In this document: piece after piece, positions 9,579 through 19,598 of the stretch
Position numbering within the stretch: the first letter of the stretch is position 1
Layout of the letters: each line of letters starts with the position of its first letter
The notes under the pieces: model-generated
Told to the model about the DNA's origin: nothing
The model's input: the letters and a program-made list of their open reading frames with translations, nothing else
The model's database searches: none
Made by a program: the position numbers and the translations under genes
Assembly (NCBI GenBank): GCA_048268245.1
Contig: JBLWVX010000019.1
Coordinates: forward strand, 1-49,283
Source of the DNA: Arcobacteraceae bacterium
GTDB taxonomy: Bacteria; Campylobacterota; Campylobacteria; Campylobacterales; Arcobacteraceae
Length of the DNA: 49,283 nucleotides
Direction: 5' to 3'

Positions 9579-10452
9579 TATCTTTATTTACAACTGAAAT
9601 TAATACAGCAACTGAAACAAGTAAAGTTGATATTAAAAGTTTCAATGTAAATACTTCTCCTAAGAAAAGAACACTTAAAATAATAGCAATAACAGGAACA
9701 AGCAACTGTAAAATACTTGCAGTAACAATTTTAATACAAGGTAAGACTTTATACCAAATAACATATCCTATAGCAGATGTTATACTTCCCGATAAAAAGC
9801 TTAATAAAACTCCATTAAAACTAATTTGAAGTGAATCAAATAAAATAAATAGAAAAAATATCAATGTAAAGATCAAAGCTTTAAAGAAGTTATCGTAAGT
9901 ATTAAATAATGCATCTTTTGAACTCTTACCAATAACAGAATAAACTCCCCATGCAACTCCTGAGATAATCATCAATGTTAAATGAAAATATGAAATATCA
10001 AAATCTTTGCTAGGATATAGTAAGTATGATAGACCAATAAAAGCTAATATGATTCCAATAAATTTATTTATATTGATTTTTTCTTTATAAAATAGTGAAG
10101 TAATAAGCATTGTTAATTGAACTGCTGTAAATAGTAATAGTGTCCCAAAACCTGCTTCTAAGTTTAAATAAGAGTAAGAAAAGCCAATTGCATATATAAA
10201 AAGCATAAAAGAGCTAAGCCAATTACCTTTTAAACTTATCTTCTTTAGTTTAGATTCTTTTTTACTTTCTCTTATTGTGATTAAAATAAGTAGTGTTAAA
10301 AAAGCAAAAAAGACTCTAAAAAAAGTAAATGAGTAAGCATCTATATACTCATTTACTAAAGCTATTTTACATAAAATAGAGTTTAGACTCAAAAATATTA
10401 AAGAAAGAGTAATTAAAATAAAAAGTTCGAACTCTTTCTTTAAAAAACTCAT
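9562..10452 (-). CDS. DMT/EamA-family transporter
   Basis: About 10 TM in two EamA repeats; AWGVYSVIGK, QLLVPVIA..LFLGE. Confidence 0.88.
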   Translation of the reverse strand: MSFLKKEFELFILITLSLIFLSLNSILCKIALVNEYIDAYSFTFFRVFFAFLTLLILITIRESKKESKLKKISLKGNWLSSFMLFIYAIGFSYSYLNLEAGFGTLLLFTAVQLTMLITSLFYKEKININKFIGIILAFIGLSYLLYPSKDFDISYFHLTLMIISGVAWGVYSVIGKSSKDALFNTYDNFFKALIFTLIFFLFILFDSLQISFNGVLLSFLSGSITSAIGYVIWYKVLPCIKIVTASILQLLVPVIAIILSVLFLGEVFTLKLLISTLLVSVAVLISVVNKDTNQNT

Positions 10453-10456
10453 GATT

Positions 10457-11713
10457 TTACTTTATCTCAAAAATTCTATCAAGAGTTGCTATTGATAAAT
10501 ACTTATCAAAATATGCTCTATTATATTTTTGTTTTGCAGAAGTTAATAAGAAGTTTGCATCTGTTAAATCAGTTGAAGTTGAAACTCCTTCTTTAAATCT
10601 GTTATTTACTATCTCATAATTCTCTTTTGCTTGTTTCAAAGCTAATGAAGCTGTCTCATAATTATCACTTGCAACTTCTAAAGCTGATTTTGCATTTTCA
10701 TACTGTAAATTTATATCAAGCTGTGTTTTTTGAATTTGTGTTTTTAGCTTAGATATTTGAGTATTATAAATAGCTACTTGTGTTTGTGTAGAACCTCCAT
10801 CATATAAGTTCCAAGAAGCACTAAGTGTTGCTACATTTTGATTGTCATTTCCATCTATTTCATTAAATCCTAAATCCTCATAAAATCTATTATGAGCAAG
10901 TTTAGCATCAAGTTTTGGAAGGTATGAACCTTTTTGTGCTTTTTTTTGTTTTTTAAGTGCTTCAAGATTCATCTTTAAAGCTTCAACTTCACTTCTTTTT
11001 TCTAATAACTCTTGATTATAACTTGAAGAAGTTATTGATTTTGCTTCAAGATTTTCAATTGTTTCATTTGATAAATCATATCCACCTAAGATATTTGATA
11101 GTTGAAGTTTTGCGATTTTTACATCTGACTTTGCTTTAACTACATTTTGTTTAGCCCCTGACATATTTACCTGAACTTGTAAAAAGTCATTTCTTGCTAA
11201 TAAACCTTGCTCATATCTATTTTTTGCATCTTTAAATTGATTATCAAAAAGTTTATACTCACTCTCATAAGTTTTTAATACATTTAACTTATCAAGATAG
11301 TTTATGTATGCTTTTTTAGTCTCTAAGACAATATCATGTTTTAAAGCAGTTAATGAGTAGTTTGATGATTTTGATAAATACTTTGAAGCTTGTTTATTTG
11401 AAATATCTTTTAATCCATTGAACAAATTATAAGAAATAGCTGCACTAAAAGAGGCATCTTCTTTAGACTGATTTCCTATTATTTCACCTCTTTTATTATA
11501 TCCATAAGATAAATCAAGTTTTGGTAAATAGTTTGCATTTGCCAAATCTACATTTTGTAGGCTTTGCGTATAATCATAAGCTTGTGCTTTAAGCTCATGA
11601 TTATTTTTAAGTGCTAAATCTACTGCTTGATTTAAATCTAAAGCATTAGCTCCACTTACAAAAATAGATGTCACTAAAGATAATTTTAGTAGTCTGTTTT
11701 TAATACTTTTCAT
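10457..11713 (-). CDS. TolC-family outer membrane efflux protein
   Basis: Signal peptide; YLPKLDL and NLFNG/NLYDGG repeats; position in RND operon. Confidence 0.92.
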   Translation of the reverse strand: MKSIKNRLLKLSLVTSIFVSGANALDLNQAVDLALKNNHELKAQAYDYTQSLQNVDLANANYLPKLDLSYGYNKRGEIIGNQSKEDASFSAAISYNLFNGLKDISNKQASKYLSKSSNYSLTALKHDIVLETKKAYINYLDKLNVLKTYESEYKLFDNQFKDAKNRYEQGLLARNDFLQVQVNMSGAKQNVVKAKSDVKIAKLQLSNILGGYDLSNETIENLEAKSITSSSYNQELLEKRSEVEALKMNLEALKKQKKAQKGSYLPKLDAKLAHNRFYEDLGFNEIDGNDNQNVATLSASWNLYDGGSTQTQVAIYNTQISKLKTQIQKTQLDINLQYENAKSALEVASDNYETASLALKQAKENYEIVNNRFKEGVSTSTDLTDANFLLTSAKQKYNRAYFDKYLSIATLDRIFEIK

Positions 11714-11725
11714 ACACTTATCCTT

Positions 11726-14700
11726 TTATGCTTTACTTACATCAACTGGTTTATTTTTATTTGCAACTGCTTGTTCTAACTTAATAAAGAACATTAATAA
11801 AGCAGGCGTTACAAAAATTGTAAAGATTGTTGAAAATGCTAAACCACCAGTAATTACAGAACCTAAACCTCTATAAAACTCTGAACCAGGACCTGGAACT
11901 AAAACTAATGGCAACATACCAAAAATTGAAGTTAATGAACTCATATAAATAGGTCTAACTCTTGTTCTTGTTGCTTCAATAACTGCTTTTTTATGCTCCA
12001 TACCATGGTTTTTGATATAGTTTAAACTTTGGTGAACAATTAAAATTGCATTGTTTACAACAATACCAACTAAAATAATAAACCCTAGCATAGTTAAAAT
12101 ATCAAGTGGTTGCGGCGCAATAAACGTATTTGTTAATGCAAGTCCTATAAACCCACCTGCTGTTGCTAAAGGTACTGTAAACATAATAACTATTGGATAA
12201 ACAAAGTTACCAAATAGTGCTGACATAAGTAAGTATACAATAACCAATGCTAATAAAAAGTTACCAAGTAATAATTCAATTGTTTCAGTTAATTTATCAG
12301 CTGTTCCTGATAAATTAATATCAACACCAGAGGAAATCGCACCTTTTTCTTTCATTCCTTCTAGCATACCATCAATACTTTTCATAGCTTCATCGATAGT
12401 CATACCAGCTGGTGGTGTAACTTGAAGAGTAATTGTTCTTTTACCATCTAAGTGTCTAATTTCTGAAATACCTGTAGTTGATTCATAACTAGCAAGTGAA
12501 GATACAGGAACTAATGCACCATTTGGTAAAGCAATTTGTGAACTCATAATATCTTGTGGTGTTTGAATATATTCATCACTAGCTTTTAATACTAAATCGA
12601 TTTTCTTCTTACCATCTTGTTCAAAATCACCTAATTTTCTACCACTCATAAGTACATCAACTGCAATACCTAAATCTCTTGAACTCATACCTAAAGCTTT
12701 TAATGCATCTTGATTAGGTTTTATTCTAACTTCTGGATATAAAAGCTCAACTGATGGAACGGGTCTTACTTGGCTACCTTCTAAATCACCCCTCGTAGCA
12801 CCAAATAGTTGACCACCAACATTTGCAATATCTTCAATACTTTCACCACTAATATCAATATTTACAGTATTACCCTCACCAATACCGTTTTCAAATACAC
12901 CTGATTGTAGTGATACACCAAATACAGATGGCATTGAGTTTACTATTGGTGTAAACATTGGTATTAAGTCTTTTGCTCTATCCTCAACCATTGATGTTCC
13001 ACCAAATAGATTAAAGTCACCAAAAGATACGAAGAATGCTCTATTTAATCCAGGAACACCATCAACTTCTTGATTTATATGTGGCTCAATTCTTTTCATT
13101 AAATATGCACCCATATCATATCTTTCTTGGTATGATAATCCAGGAGGTGCAATCAAAATATTGAAAATCAAGTTTTTATTTCCTTGTGGAAGATAATCTA
13201 ACTTAGGGAATAAAACATAAATAGCACCTACAGAAAATGCTGCTAATGATACAATCGTAACTATCTTTGTAAATAAATTCTTTAAAGAAGCATTTACAAT
13301 TGACATAATTAAGTCAACTAATTTTTGTCCAAACTTAGCAATAGCCCCTGCATCTTTTGGCTCTTTTTTAGAAATAGATGCAAATCTCTTCCAAAGCATA
13401 GGAATTACTGCAATTGATACAAATAAAGAGAATGATACAGCTGATGTAACAGCTATAGCAATATCTTTAAATAACTGACCTGCTTCATCTTCTAAGAAAA
13501 TAATAGGTAAGAATACTGCAATAGTTGTAGAAGCTGATGCAATTAATGCACCCCATACTTCACTCGCACCTTTATATGCAGCTTCACTAATACTATCACC
13601 ATTTTTTCTGTGTCTATCAATATTTTCAAGTACAACAATAGCTGCATCAACTAACATACCAACAGCAAAGGAAATACCAGCTAATGAAATAGTATTTAAA
13701 CTTCTTCCCATAGCTTGAAGTATAATAAATGTACCTATAATTGATATAGGAATTGCAACTGCAACAACAGCTGTAGGTGAAATACTTCTCAAAAATGTGA
13801 TTAGAATAATTACTGCAAGAATTGCACCAATCATAATATTTTGTTGAACTAAATCAACAGAACCAACGATATAAGGTCTTTGGTCATATAACCATTGAAT
13901 TTTTAATTCTCTTTCTTTTAAAACAGTTTCATTTAATTCATTTACAACTTTTTCTACATCATTTGTAAGTTTTACTATATTTACTTCACTATTTGGTTGA
14001 ACCCCTAAGAAAATACCATCTTTTCCTAAGAACATCGCAACAGTGCTTGCTGTTTCATAACCAAAGTTTACTTTTGCAATATCTCTTACTCTTACTCTTT
14101 GGTCTCTATTTGAAATTAGAATTAGATTTTCAATATCTTCAGTTGTTGAGAATTTATGTACTGTTCTAATTCTATATGATCTTCTGTCTAAATTTTGAAT
14201 ACCTGCTGAAACATCCACATTTTCATTTTGTAAAGTATTTATAACTTGGTTGATTGTAAGTCCATAAGAGGCAAGTTTGTTTACATCAAACTCAATTTGC
14301 ATTTCTTGCTCTCGACCACCACCACCCATAGTTCCTGAAACACCCTCAACTCTTTTGATAGCTGGTTTTATTTCATTCTCAAAATATGTTTTATACTCAT
14401 CAATATGTCTGTCATTACTTTCCAGTGTTTGAAGCATCAACCAAATAACAGGACTTGCACTTGCCGTTTCTATTACAGGTTCGTTTGCTGCACTTGGATA
14501 AGAGTTAACTTCATTTAACTTGTTTGATACATCTTGTAAAGCTGCTCTAATATCAGTTCCAAGTTTAAATGTAAGTGTAATCTCTCCATAATTATCTTTA
14601 GAAAATGACTCATACTCTATTAGATTGTTTAAACTTTTTAATGCCTCTTCTTGCTCTTCAATTATCTCTCTCTCAATCTCATAAGGAGTAGCGCCTGTCC

Positions 14701-14851
14701 ATGATGTAGTTACTTTAATTTCAGGTTTAGTAACTGTAGGAGTTAATTGATAAGGAAGTTTAGTTAGTGATAAAAAACCAAAAATTACTACAATAAGTAC
14801 TGATACTATTATAGTAACTGGATTTTTTATGGAAAATTTGATTAAATCCAT
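11726..14851 (-). CDS. RND efflux permease (AcrB/AcrD/AcrF family)
   Basis: 1041 aa; GMLVDAAIVVLEN, GIVVNNAIL, RVRPIYMSSLT. Confidence 0.95.
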   Translation of the reverse strand: MDLIKFSIKNPVTIIVSVLIVVIFGFLSLTKLPYQLTPTVTKPEIKVTTSWTGATPYEIEREIIEEQEEALKSLNNLIEYESFSKDNYGEITLTFKLGTDIRAALQDVSNKLNEVNSYPSAANEPVIETASASPVIWLMLQTLESNDRHIDEYKTYFENEIKPAIKRVEGVSGTMGGGGREQEMQIEFDVNKLASYGLTINQVINTLQNENVDVSAGIQNLDRRSYRIRTVHKFSTTEDIENLILISNRDQRVRVRDIAKVNFGYETASTVAMFLGKDGIFLGVQPNSEVNIVKLTNDVEKVVNELNETVLKERELKIQWLYDQRPYIVGSVDLVQQNIMIGAILAVIILITFLRSISPTAVVAVAIPISIIGTFIILQAMGRSLNTISLAGISFAVGMLVDAAIVVLENIDRHRKNGDSISEAAYKGASEVWGALIASASTTIAVFLPIIFLEDEAGQLFKDIAIAVTSAVSFSLFVSIAVIPMLWKRFASISKKEPKDAGAIAKFGQKLVDLIMSIVNASLKNLFTKIVTIVSLAAFSVGAIYVLFPKLDYLPQGNKNLIFNILIAPPGLSYQERYDMGAYLMKRIEPHINQEVDGVPGLNRAFFVSFGDFNLFGGTSMVEDRAKDLIPMFTPIVNSMPSVFGVSLQSGVFENGIGEGNTVNIDISGESIEDIANVGGQLFGATRGDLEGSQVRPVPSVELLYPEVRIKPNQDALKALGMSSRDLGIAVDVLMSGRKLGDFEQDGKKKIDLVLKASDEYIQTPQDIMSSQIALPNGALVPVSSLASYESTTGISEIRHLDGKRTITLQVTPPAGMTIDEAMKSIDGMLEGMKEKGAISSGVDINLSGTADKLTETIELLLGNFLLALVIVYLLMSALFGNFVYPIVIMFTVPLATAGGFIGLALTNTFIAPQPLDILTMLGFIILVGIVVNNAILIVHQSLNYIKNHGMEHKKAVIEATRTRVRPIYMSSLTSIFGMLPLVLVPGPGSEFYRGLGSVITGGLAFSTIFTIFVTPALLMFFIKLEQAVANKNKPVDVSKA

Positions 14852-14875
14852 TATATTCCTTTTTATTGTCTATAT

Positions 14876-15916
14876 TTATTGTTTATTTATAATTTTTACT
14901 GGTGACTTAGGGAAAATTCTTTCATTTCCTTTTACAACTATTTGCATACCTTCTCTTAATTCTTGACCTTTAATAGCTACTTTATTTGAAATAAAGCCAA
15001 TAATTTTTACAGGAATCATCATAGCTATGTTTTGTTCATTTACAGCAAATACAACTCTTTGCCCAAATCTTTTAATAACTGCATCTCTTGGTAAAACTAA
15101 AGCTTGTTTGATAGCATCTTTTGACAGACTAACTTTTGCTTCTTGACCATCAAATACAAAACTATTTTCTACATTAGCTTTAAATTTCACTGGAAAAGTT
15201 CTTGTTAACTTATCTCCATTTGGAATTATTGCTGTAAGCTTTGCTTTTACTGTTTGTTTTCCAACTTGAACATCATAAACATCACCCATTCTTAAACCAT
15301 CAACAACTTCTAAAGGAATATTAAATGTAATCTCAGCTTTTGAAGTATCTACTATTCTTGCTATTGCAGTTCCTGCATTTACCCACTCACCTAAACTAAT
15401 ACTTTTTTCAACTATTACACCTGAGAAAGGAGCTTTAATTCTTTTTTTAGAGCTTTGAATAGTAAGTTCTTTTAGTTTTGCTTCTAATGCTTTTACATTA
15501 CTTTTTGATGAATTTGATTTTAAAAGTGCATCATCATACTCTTTTTGAGTAATTGATTTTGACTCTAATAATTTTTTATATCTTTCATAATCTTTTGAAG
15601 AGTTTTTTTGTTCATCTTTTGCAATACTTAAATTTGCTCTTGCTGCTTTTATTTGAGCATTTAGTAAATCATCATCAATTTGAACTAAAGTTTTACCTTT
15701 TGATACTTTATCTCCAACTTCAAAATTTACTTTTTTTACTAAACCTGAATTTTGAGCTGCTAAAGTTGATTCATTGTCAAATTTTAATGTTCCCACAAAC
15801 TCTTGTAGTGGATTTACTTCACCTTTTACTAGTGTAGTTGTCTCAACTAAAGAAGGCCCTTGCGCATATAAAAGCCCTAAACCTAAAAAAGCTATAATTA
15901 AAATCTTTTTTATCAT
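14876..15916 (-). CDS. RND periplasmic adaptor (membrane fusion protein)
   Basis: Lipoyl halves GDKVSKG and IKAPFSGVI, coiled coil, TRTF motif. Confidence 0.93.
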   Translation of the reverse strand: MIKKILIIAFLGLGLLYAQGPSLVETTTLVKGEVNPLQEFVGTLKFDNESTLAAQNSGLVKKVNFEVGDKVSKGKTLVQIDDDLLNAQIKAARANLSIAKDEQKNSSKDYERYKKLLESKSITQKEYDDALLKSNSSKSNVKALEAKLKELTIQSSKKRIKAPFSGVIVEKSISLGEWVNAGTAIARIVDTSKAEITFNIPLEVVDGLRMGDVYDVQVGKQTVKAKLTAIIPNGDKLTRTFPVKFKANVENSFVFDGQEAKVSLSKDAIKQALVLPRDAVIKRFGQRVVFAVNEQNIAMMIPVKIIGFISNKVAIKGQELREGMQIVVKGNERIFPKSPVKIINKQ

Positions 15917-15925
15917 TATCTTTCC

Positions 15926-16123
15926 TTATTTAATTAACTTATTTGTAATTTTATGCACAAATGGTGCAACAACAAAGATGATTGGAAAAGCAAATGAAAA
16001 TGCTTTTAAATAAGTCTCCATCCATCCAATAAAAAATCATCTACTAAACCTAAATTTATAAACGTAATAATCATACTCATTAAAAAATGCAAATACTATA
16101 TTTCTATATTTTGCAGCTATCAT
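15926..16123 (-). pseudogene. DUF2798-like small membrane protein, frameshifted
   Basis: ATG overlaps the tetR stop (ATGA). Repaired reading MIAAKYRNIVFAFLMSMIITFINLGLVDDFFIGWMETYLKAFSFAFPIIFVVAPFVHKITNKLIK needs compensating indels in two T6 runs; as written the frame hits TGA. Confidence 0.65.
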
Positions 16124-16722
16124 TTTTTAACCTCAATTAGCATAAAAAGTGTATTAAAAAAATGTTCGAATTTTTCTTCAACTTGATGGTCGTTTTGACT
16201 CATTTTCATTAAAACCAAACCTTTTTCAAAAATGAGCAAACTCTCTGCTAAATCAATAGCTTCAGGTTTTAAATCACCTATTTTTACACCCTCTTTTAAT
16301 ATCTGAACTAACTGATTTTTAAAAAAATCATGAGTATCACAGTTAAACTCTTTCATTGCACTATTTTCATCTGCTAAAACGATAGATAAAAATTCTTTAT
16401 AGCCATTAAAATGTTTCATATTCTCTTCACTATCATCTAAAACAAATTTAAAAAAGTGTCTAATTTTATCTTTTGTATTTTTAACTGTTTTTATGCTCTC
16501 TTTGAATTCATCATGATATTGCTCAATATGGATATTTATTATTTCAAAAATTATGTCATCTTTATTATCAAAATATTCATAAACAGTACCCTTACCAATT
16601 CCAGCTGTTTTAGCAACTTGTGCAACGGTAATATTTTTCATACCAACTTCATGTATTAAATCAGAACAAGCAAGAGCAACTTCTCTTCTTTTTTCTTCTT
16701 TATTTACTTTTCTTGGACTCAT
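16120..16722 (-). CDS. TetR/AcrR-family regulator of RND operon 1
   Basis: HTH ITVAQVAKTAGIGKGTVYEYFDNKDD; AAGGAG RBS. Confidence 0.95.
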   Translation of the reverse strand: MSPRKVNKEEKRREVALACSDLIHEVGMKNITVAQVAKTAGIGKGTVYEYFDNKDDIIFEIINIHIEQYHDEFKESIKTVKNTKDKIRHFFKFVLDDSEENMKHFNGYKEFLSIVLADENSAMKEFNCDTHDFFKNQLVQILKEGVKIGDLKPEAIDLAESLLIFEKGLVLMKMSQNDHQVEEKFEHFFNTLFMLIEVKK

Positions 16723-16762
16723 CTCACTCCTTCAAAGTCTTTGTAAAACAAAAAAATAATTT

Positions 16763-16844
16763 ATTGACCGACGGTCAGTCAATTTATATTTAGAGTATAT
16801 TCTAAGAAGTCTTAATGTTTTTTTAATAAACTGACCAATGGTCA
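16763..16844. promoter_or_regulatory. Two putative TetR operators
   Basis: Palindromes TGACCG-A-CGGTCA (16765-16777) and TGACCA-A-TGGTCA (16832-16844) in the tetR/yceI divergent region. Confidence 0.75.
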
Positions 16845-16945
16845 ACCAATTTTAAAATTATGCAAGTAATAATTACAGACCTAACCTTTAAATAATCTTA
16901 TAAGTATTTCTTTTATATTATAGAGAAAAATTACAAAGGACAAAA

Positions 16946-17497
16946 ATGAAAAAATTACTACTTACATCTATATTTGCTTTTGCATTAATTACTAATCTTA
17001 ATGCATATGAATTAAATGGAGATTTACTTATCAAATGGACAGGATTTAAGACCTTGAAAAAAACTCCTGTTTCAGGAAGTTTCAAGGATATAAAACTTGA
17101 AATAAAAAAGAATAAAGACTTAGAAGAGTTTTTAAAAAGTGCAAAAGTTTCTATTAAGACTGCTTCTTTTGACTCAAAAAATGATTACAGAGACAAAAAT
17201 ATCACTTCAACTCTTTTTTCACTTGCTACTTCAGAGCAAATAACAGCTTCAATTTCAAAAGTAAATGTAAAAAATAGAGTTTTAAATCTAAAACTAACTA
17301 TGAATGAAACAACAAAAGATGTTCCTATGAGATTTGAGATTTTAAATGATCTTATTTATGCAAAAGGGAAAATTGATATTTTAGATTATAATATGAAAAA
17401 CTCTTTTTTAGCTTTTGCTAAAAAATGTGCTACATATCATGAAAATAAATCTTATTCAGATGTAGAAATAGAGTTTTCTCTTCCATATAAAAACTAA
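16946..17497 (+). CDS. YceI-family periplasmic lipid/polyisoprenoid-binding protein
   Basis: Signal peptide; WTGFKT..K.PVSGSF and RDKNI motifs. Confidence 0.8.
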   Translation: MKKLLLTSIFAFALITNLNAYELNGDLLIKWTGFKTLKKTPVSGSFKDIKLEIKKNKDLEEFLKSAKVSIKTASFDSKNDYRDKNITSTLFSLATSEQITASISKVNVKNRVLNLKLTMNETTKDVPMRFEILNDLIYAKGKIDILDYNMKNSFLAFAKKCATYHENKSYSDVEIEFSLPYKN

Positions 17498-17516
17498 AGC
17501 TTAAAAGCTTTAGTTT
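17491..17516. terminator. Bidirectional terminator between yceI and selO
   Basis: aaactaaagctt-aa-aagctttagttt perfect inverted repeat. Confidence 0.7.
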
Positions 17517-18969
17517 AAGAAGAACAACTAAGTTTTAGATTTGCATACTCTTGTGGTGTAGGATTTGAATATCTCTCAAAATCTTTGTATTCATCAAAAG
17601 GATTTTGAGCAATTTTAAGTAAGTCTTTTACTAAACTATAATCTTCCTCATGGGCTTTTTCTATTGCTTCTTGAAGCATGTAGTTTTTGATAGTATATTT
17701 AGGATTTACTTTTTTCATAATTTTTTGTCTGCTTTCAAAACTACTTTCTTCTTTCTGGCATACATTTTTATATGAATTAAACCAATCAAATAAAGGCTCT
17801 CTAAAAACAGCAATATCAGTAATACTACTTAGATTATCAAAACTATCTAGCTTCGTAAGTCTATAGAAAAATACATTATAATCCATCTGTGAACTTTCTA
17901 AACTTCCTAATAACTCTTTTATTAAAGAGGCATTATTATCACTACTTTTAGAACCATCTAATCCTAATCTTTTGTTCATAAGATTTAAATATACATTTTC
18001 ATGTTGTGGTAAAAATGCGTGTAAATACTCTATAGCTTTTTCTTCATCTATTATACTGCCCATTGCATTTGCTAAAACCATCAAGTTCCATCTAGCTACA
18101 TATGGCTGATTATTATAAGAGTATCGCCCTTCACTATCTGTATGATTACAAATACAGTTTTTATCAAAATAATCCATAAAAGCATACGGCCCATAATCAA
18201 TAGTAAGGCCTGCCATAGAGAAGTTATCAGTATTTAAAACTCCATGCATAAAGCCATATGCTTGCCAATAAGCTACAAGTTCACTACTTCTATCAACTAA
18301 CTCATAAAACATTTTTTGATATTTATTTTCTTCATTTTTTAAGTGAGGATATGACTGATTTATCACATAATCTGCAAGTTGAGTTATATTTGCTTTAGCA
18401 TTATCAGTTCTTGCAAAAAACTCAAAAGTTCCTATTCTTATCCAAGAAGGTGAAAGTCTCATTACAATAGAACACGATTCACTTTCCCATTCTCTATGGG
18501 CAAATGATTCTGAGTCTATGATAGCTAAGGCTCTTGTAGTTGGTATTCCTAAAGCATGCATAGCTTCACTCATAATATATTCTCTAATTGAAGATCTAAG
18601 AACTGCTTTTCCATCACCTTGTCTTGAATATTTTGTAAGACCTGAACCTTTTGTTTGCAAGTGCCAACCGTTTATGCTTCCTAAGTTTATAGCTCTTCCA
18701 TCACCAAGTTGTGGTACAAAATACCCAAACTGATGACCTGCATAAACCATAGAATAAGGAATTGAGCCTTTTAAAACCTTCTTTCCATTCATAAAATCTA
18801 AAAAATCTTGCGTCTCACACTCTTCATAATCTAAACCTATTAAATCACAGGCTTGTTTGTTAAAAGAAACTAACTTGGGATTTAACACAGGTGTTGCATC
18901 TAACTTTTGATATAAACTCTCATCAAATTCAAAATAATCAATATTTACTTCTAATTCATCTAATTTCAT
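17515..18969 (-). CDS. selO: Protein adenylyltransferase SelO (YdiU), Cys-containing form
   Basis: YAGHQFG, QLGDGRA, KGSG, HGVLNTDN, TIDYGP, C-terminal SCSS. Confidence 0.95.
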   Translation of the reverse strand: MKLDELEVNIDYFEFDESLYQKLDATPVLNPKLVSFNKQACDLIGLDYEECETQDFLDFMNGKKVLKGSIPYSMVYAGHQFGYFVPQLGDGRAINLGSINGWHLQTKGSGLTKYSRQGDGKAVLRSSIREYIMSEAMHALGIPTTRALAIIDSESFAHREWESESCSIVMRLSPSWIRIGTFEFFARTDNAKANITQLADYVINQSYPHLKNEENKYQKMFYELVDRSSELVAYWQAYGFMHGVLNTDNFSMAGLTIDYGPYAFMDYFDKNCICNHTDSEGRYSYNNQPYVARWNLMVLANAMGSIIDEEKAIEYLHAFLPQHENVYLNLMNKRLGLDGSKSSDNNASLIKELLGSLESSQMDYNVFFYRLTKLDSFDNLSSITDIAVFREPLFDWFNSYKNVCQKEESSFESRQKIMKKVNPKYTIKNYMLQEAIEKAHEEDYSLVKDLLKIAQNPFDEYKDFERYSNPTPQEYANLKLSCSS

Positions 18970-19111
18970 ATATTTTCTCTTTTATAATTGTTTGTATTTT
19001 TTATAGATTATCTAAAAAATCCACAAAACAAGATAAATTTTGTCCTATTTAAACTTAACACAAACTACACGAAAAAAATCTATACTAATAAAAATTCAAA
19101 AAGGAATATCT

Positions 19112-19480
19112 ATGAGAAGAATAGTACTTGCAATGCTATTTTTTCTTTCAACTTCACTGTTTGCTTTTGAAGAGTTAACAGATGAAAATTTTGATGAGAA
19201 AATAGCAGGAAAAAATGTAATCGTTGATTTCCACGCAATCTGGTGAGGCTCTTGTAAGGTTCTAGAAAAGAACATGACAAAATATGCTACAAGTACTAAA
19301 CCCAATAATATCCACATCTATAAAGTAGACGTTTCAAAACAAAAAGAACTAACAAAAAGATTTAAAGCATTTGGTGTTCCAACACTTGTGTATCTTGAAG
19401 ATGGTATGGAAGTAGGAAGACACTCAGGCGTTTTAAGTGTAGAAGAACTTGAAGAAACTGTAAAAGAATACTTTGAATAA
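19112..19480 (+). CDS. Exported thioredoxin-family selenoprotein (122 aa, Sec45, WUGSC active site)
   Basis: Track ORFs 19040-19246 and 19274-19480 share a frame and are separated only by TGA 19244-19246. Read-through gives VIVDFHAIW-U-GSCK...KVDV...FGVPTL. AAGGA RBS at 19101; signal peptide ending SLFA. Confidence 0.88.
19244..19280 (+). promoter_or_regulatory. Bacterial SECIS-like hairpin
   Basis: Lower stem UUGU/ACAA, upper stem GUUCU/AGAAC, apical loop AGAAA with G at position 2, 17 nt between the UGA and the loop. Confidence 0.7.
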
Positions 19481-19505
19481 ATAAAAGAGGCTTTGCCTCT
19501 TTTAT
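19481..19505 (+). terminator. Intrinsic terminator after the thioredoxin
   Basis: ataaaagaggc-ttt-gcctcttttat. Confidence 0.75.
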
Positions 19506-19598
19506 AAAATACTATAACTTTTTATTATAATAAAAATTACTTCATTTTTTCTCTTAGTAAAACTTCGATATAATCCCCTAAAAAGTATTAGGACTCTT

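Noticed and set aside
16037..16039. In-frame TGA in the DUF2798-like region as a second selenocysteine codon
   Set aside because: It falls in the out-of-frame segment between two frameshifts, with no redox motif or SECIS-like hairpin
19040..19480. Track ORFs 19040-19246 and 19274-19480 as two genes or a pseudogene
   Set aside because: Same frame, TGA at the catalytic position with a SECIS-like hairpin, and a better start at 19112; one selenoprotein gene explains it better
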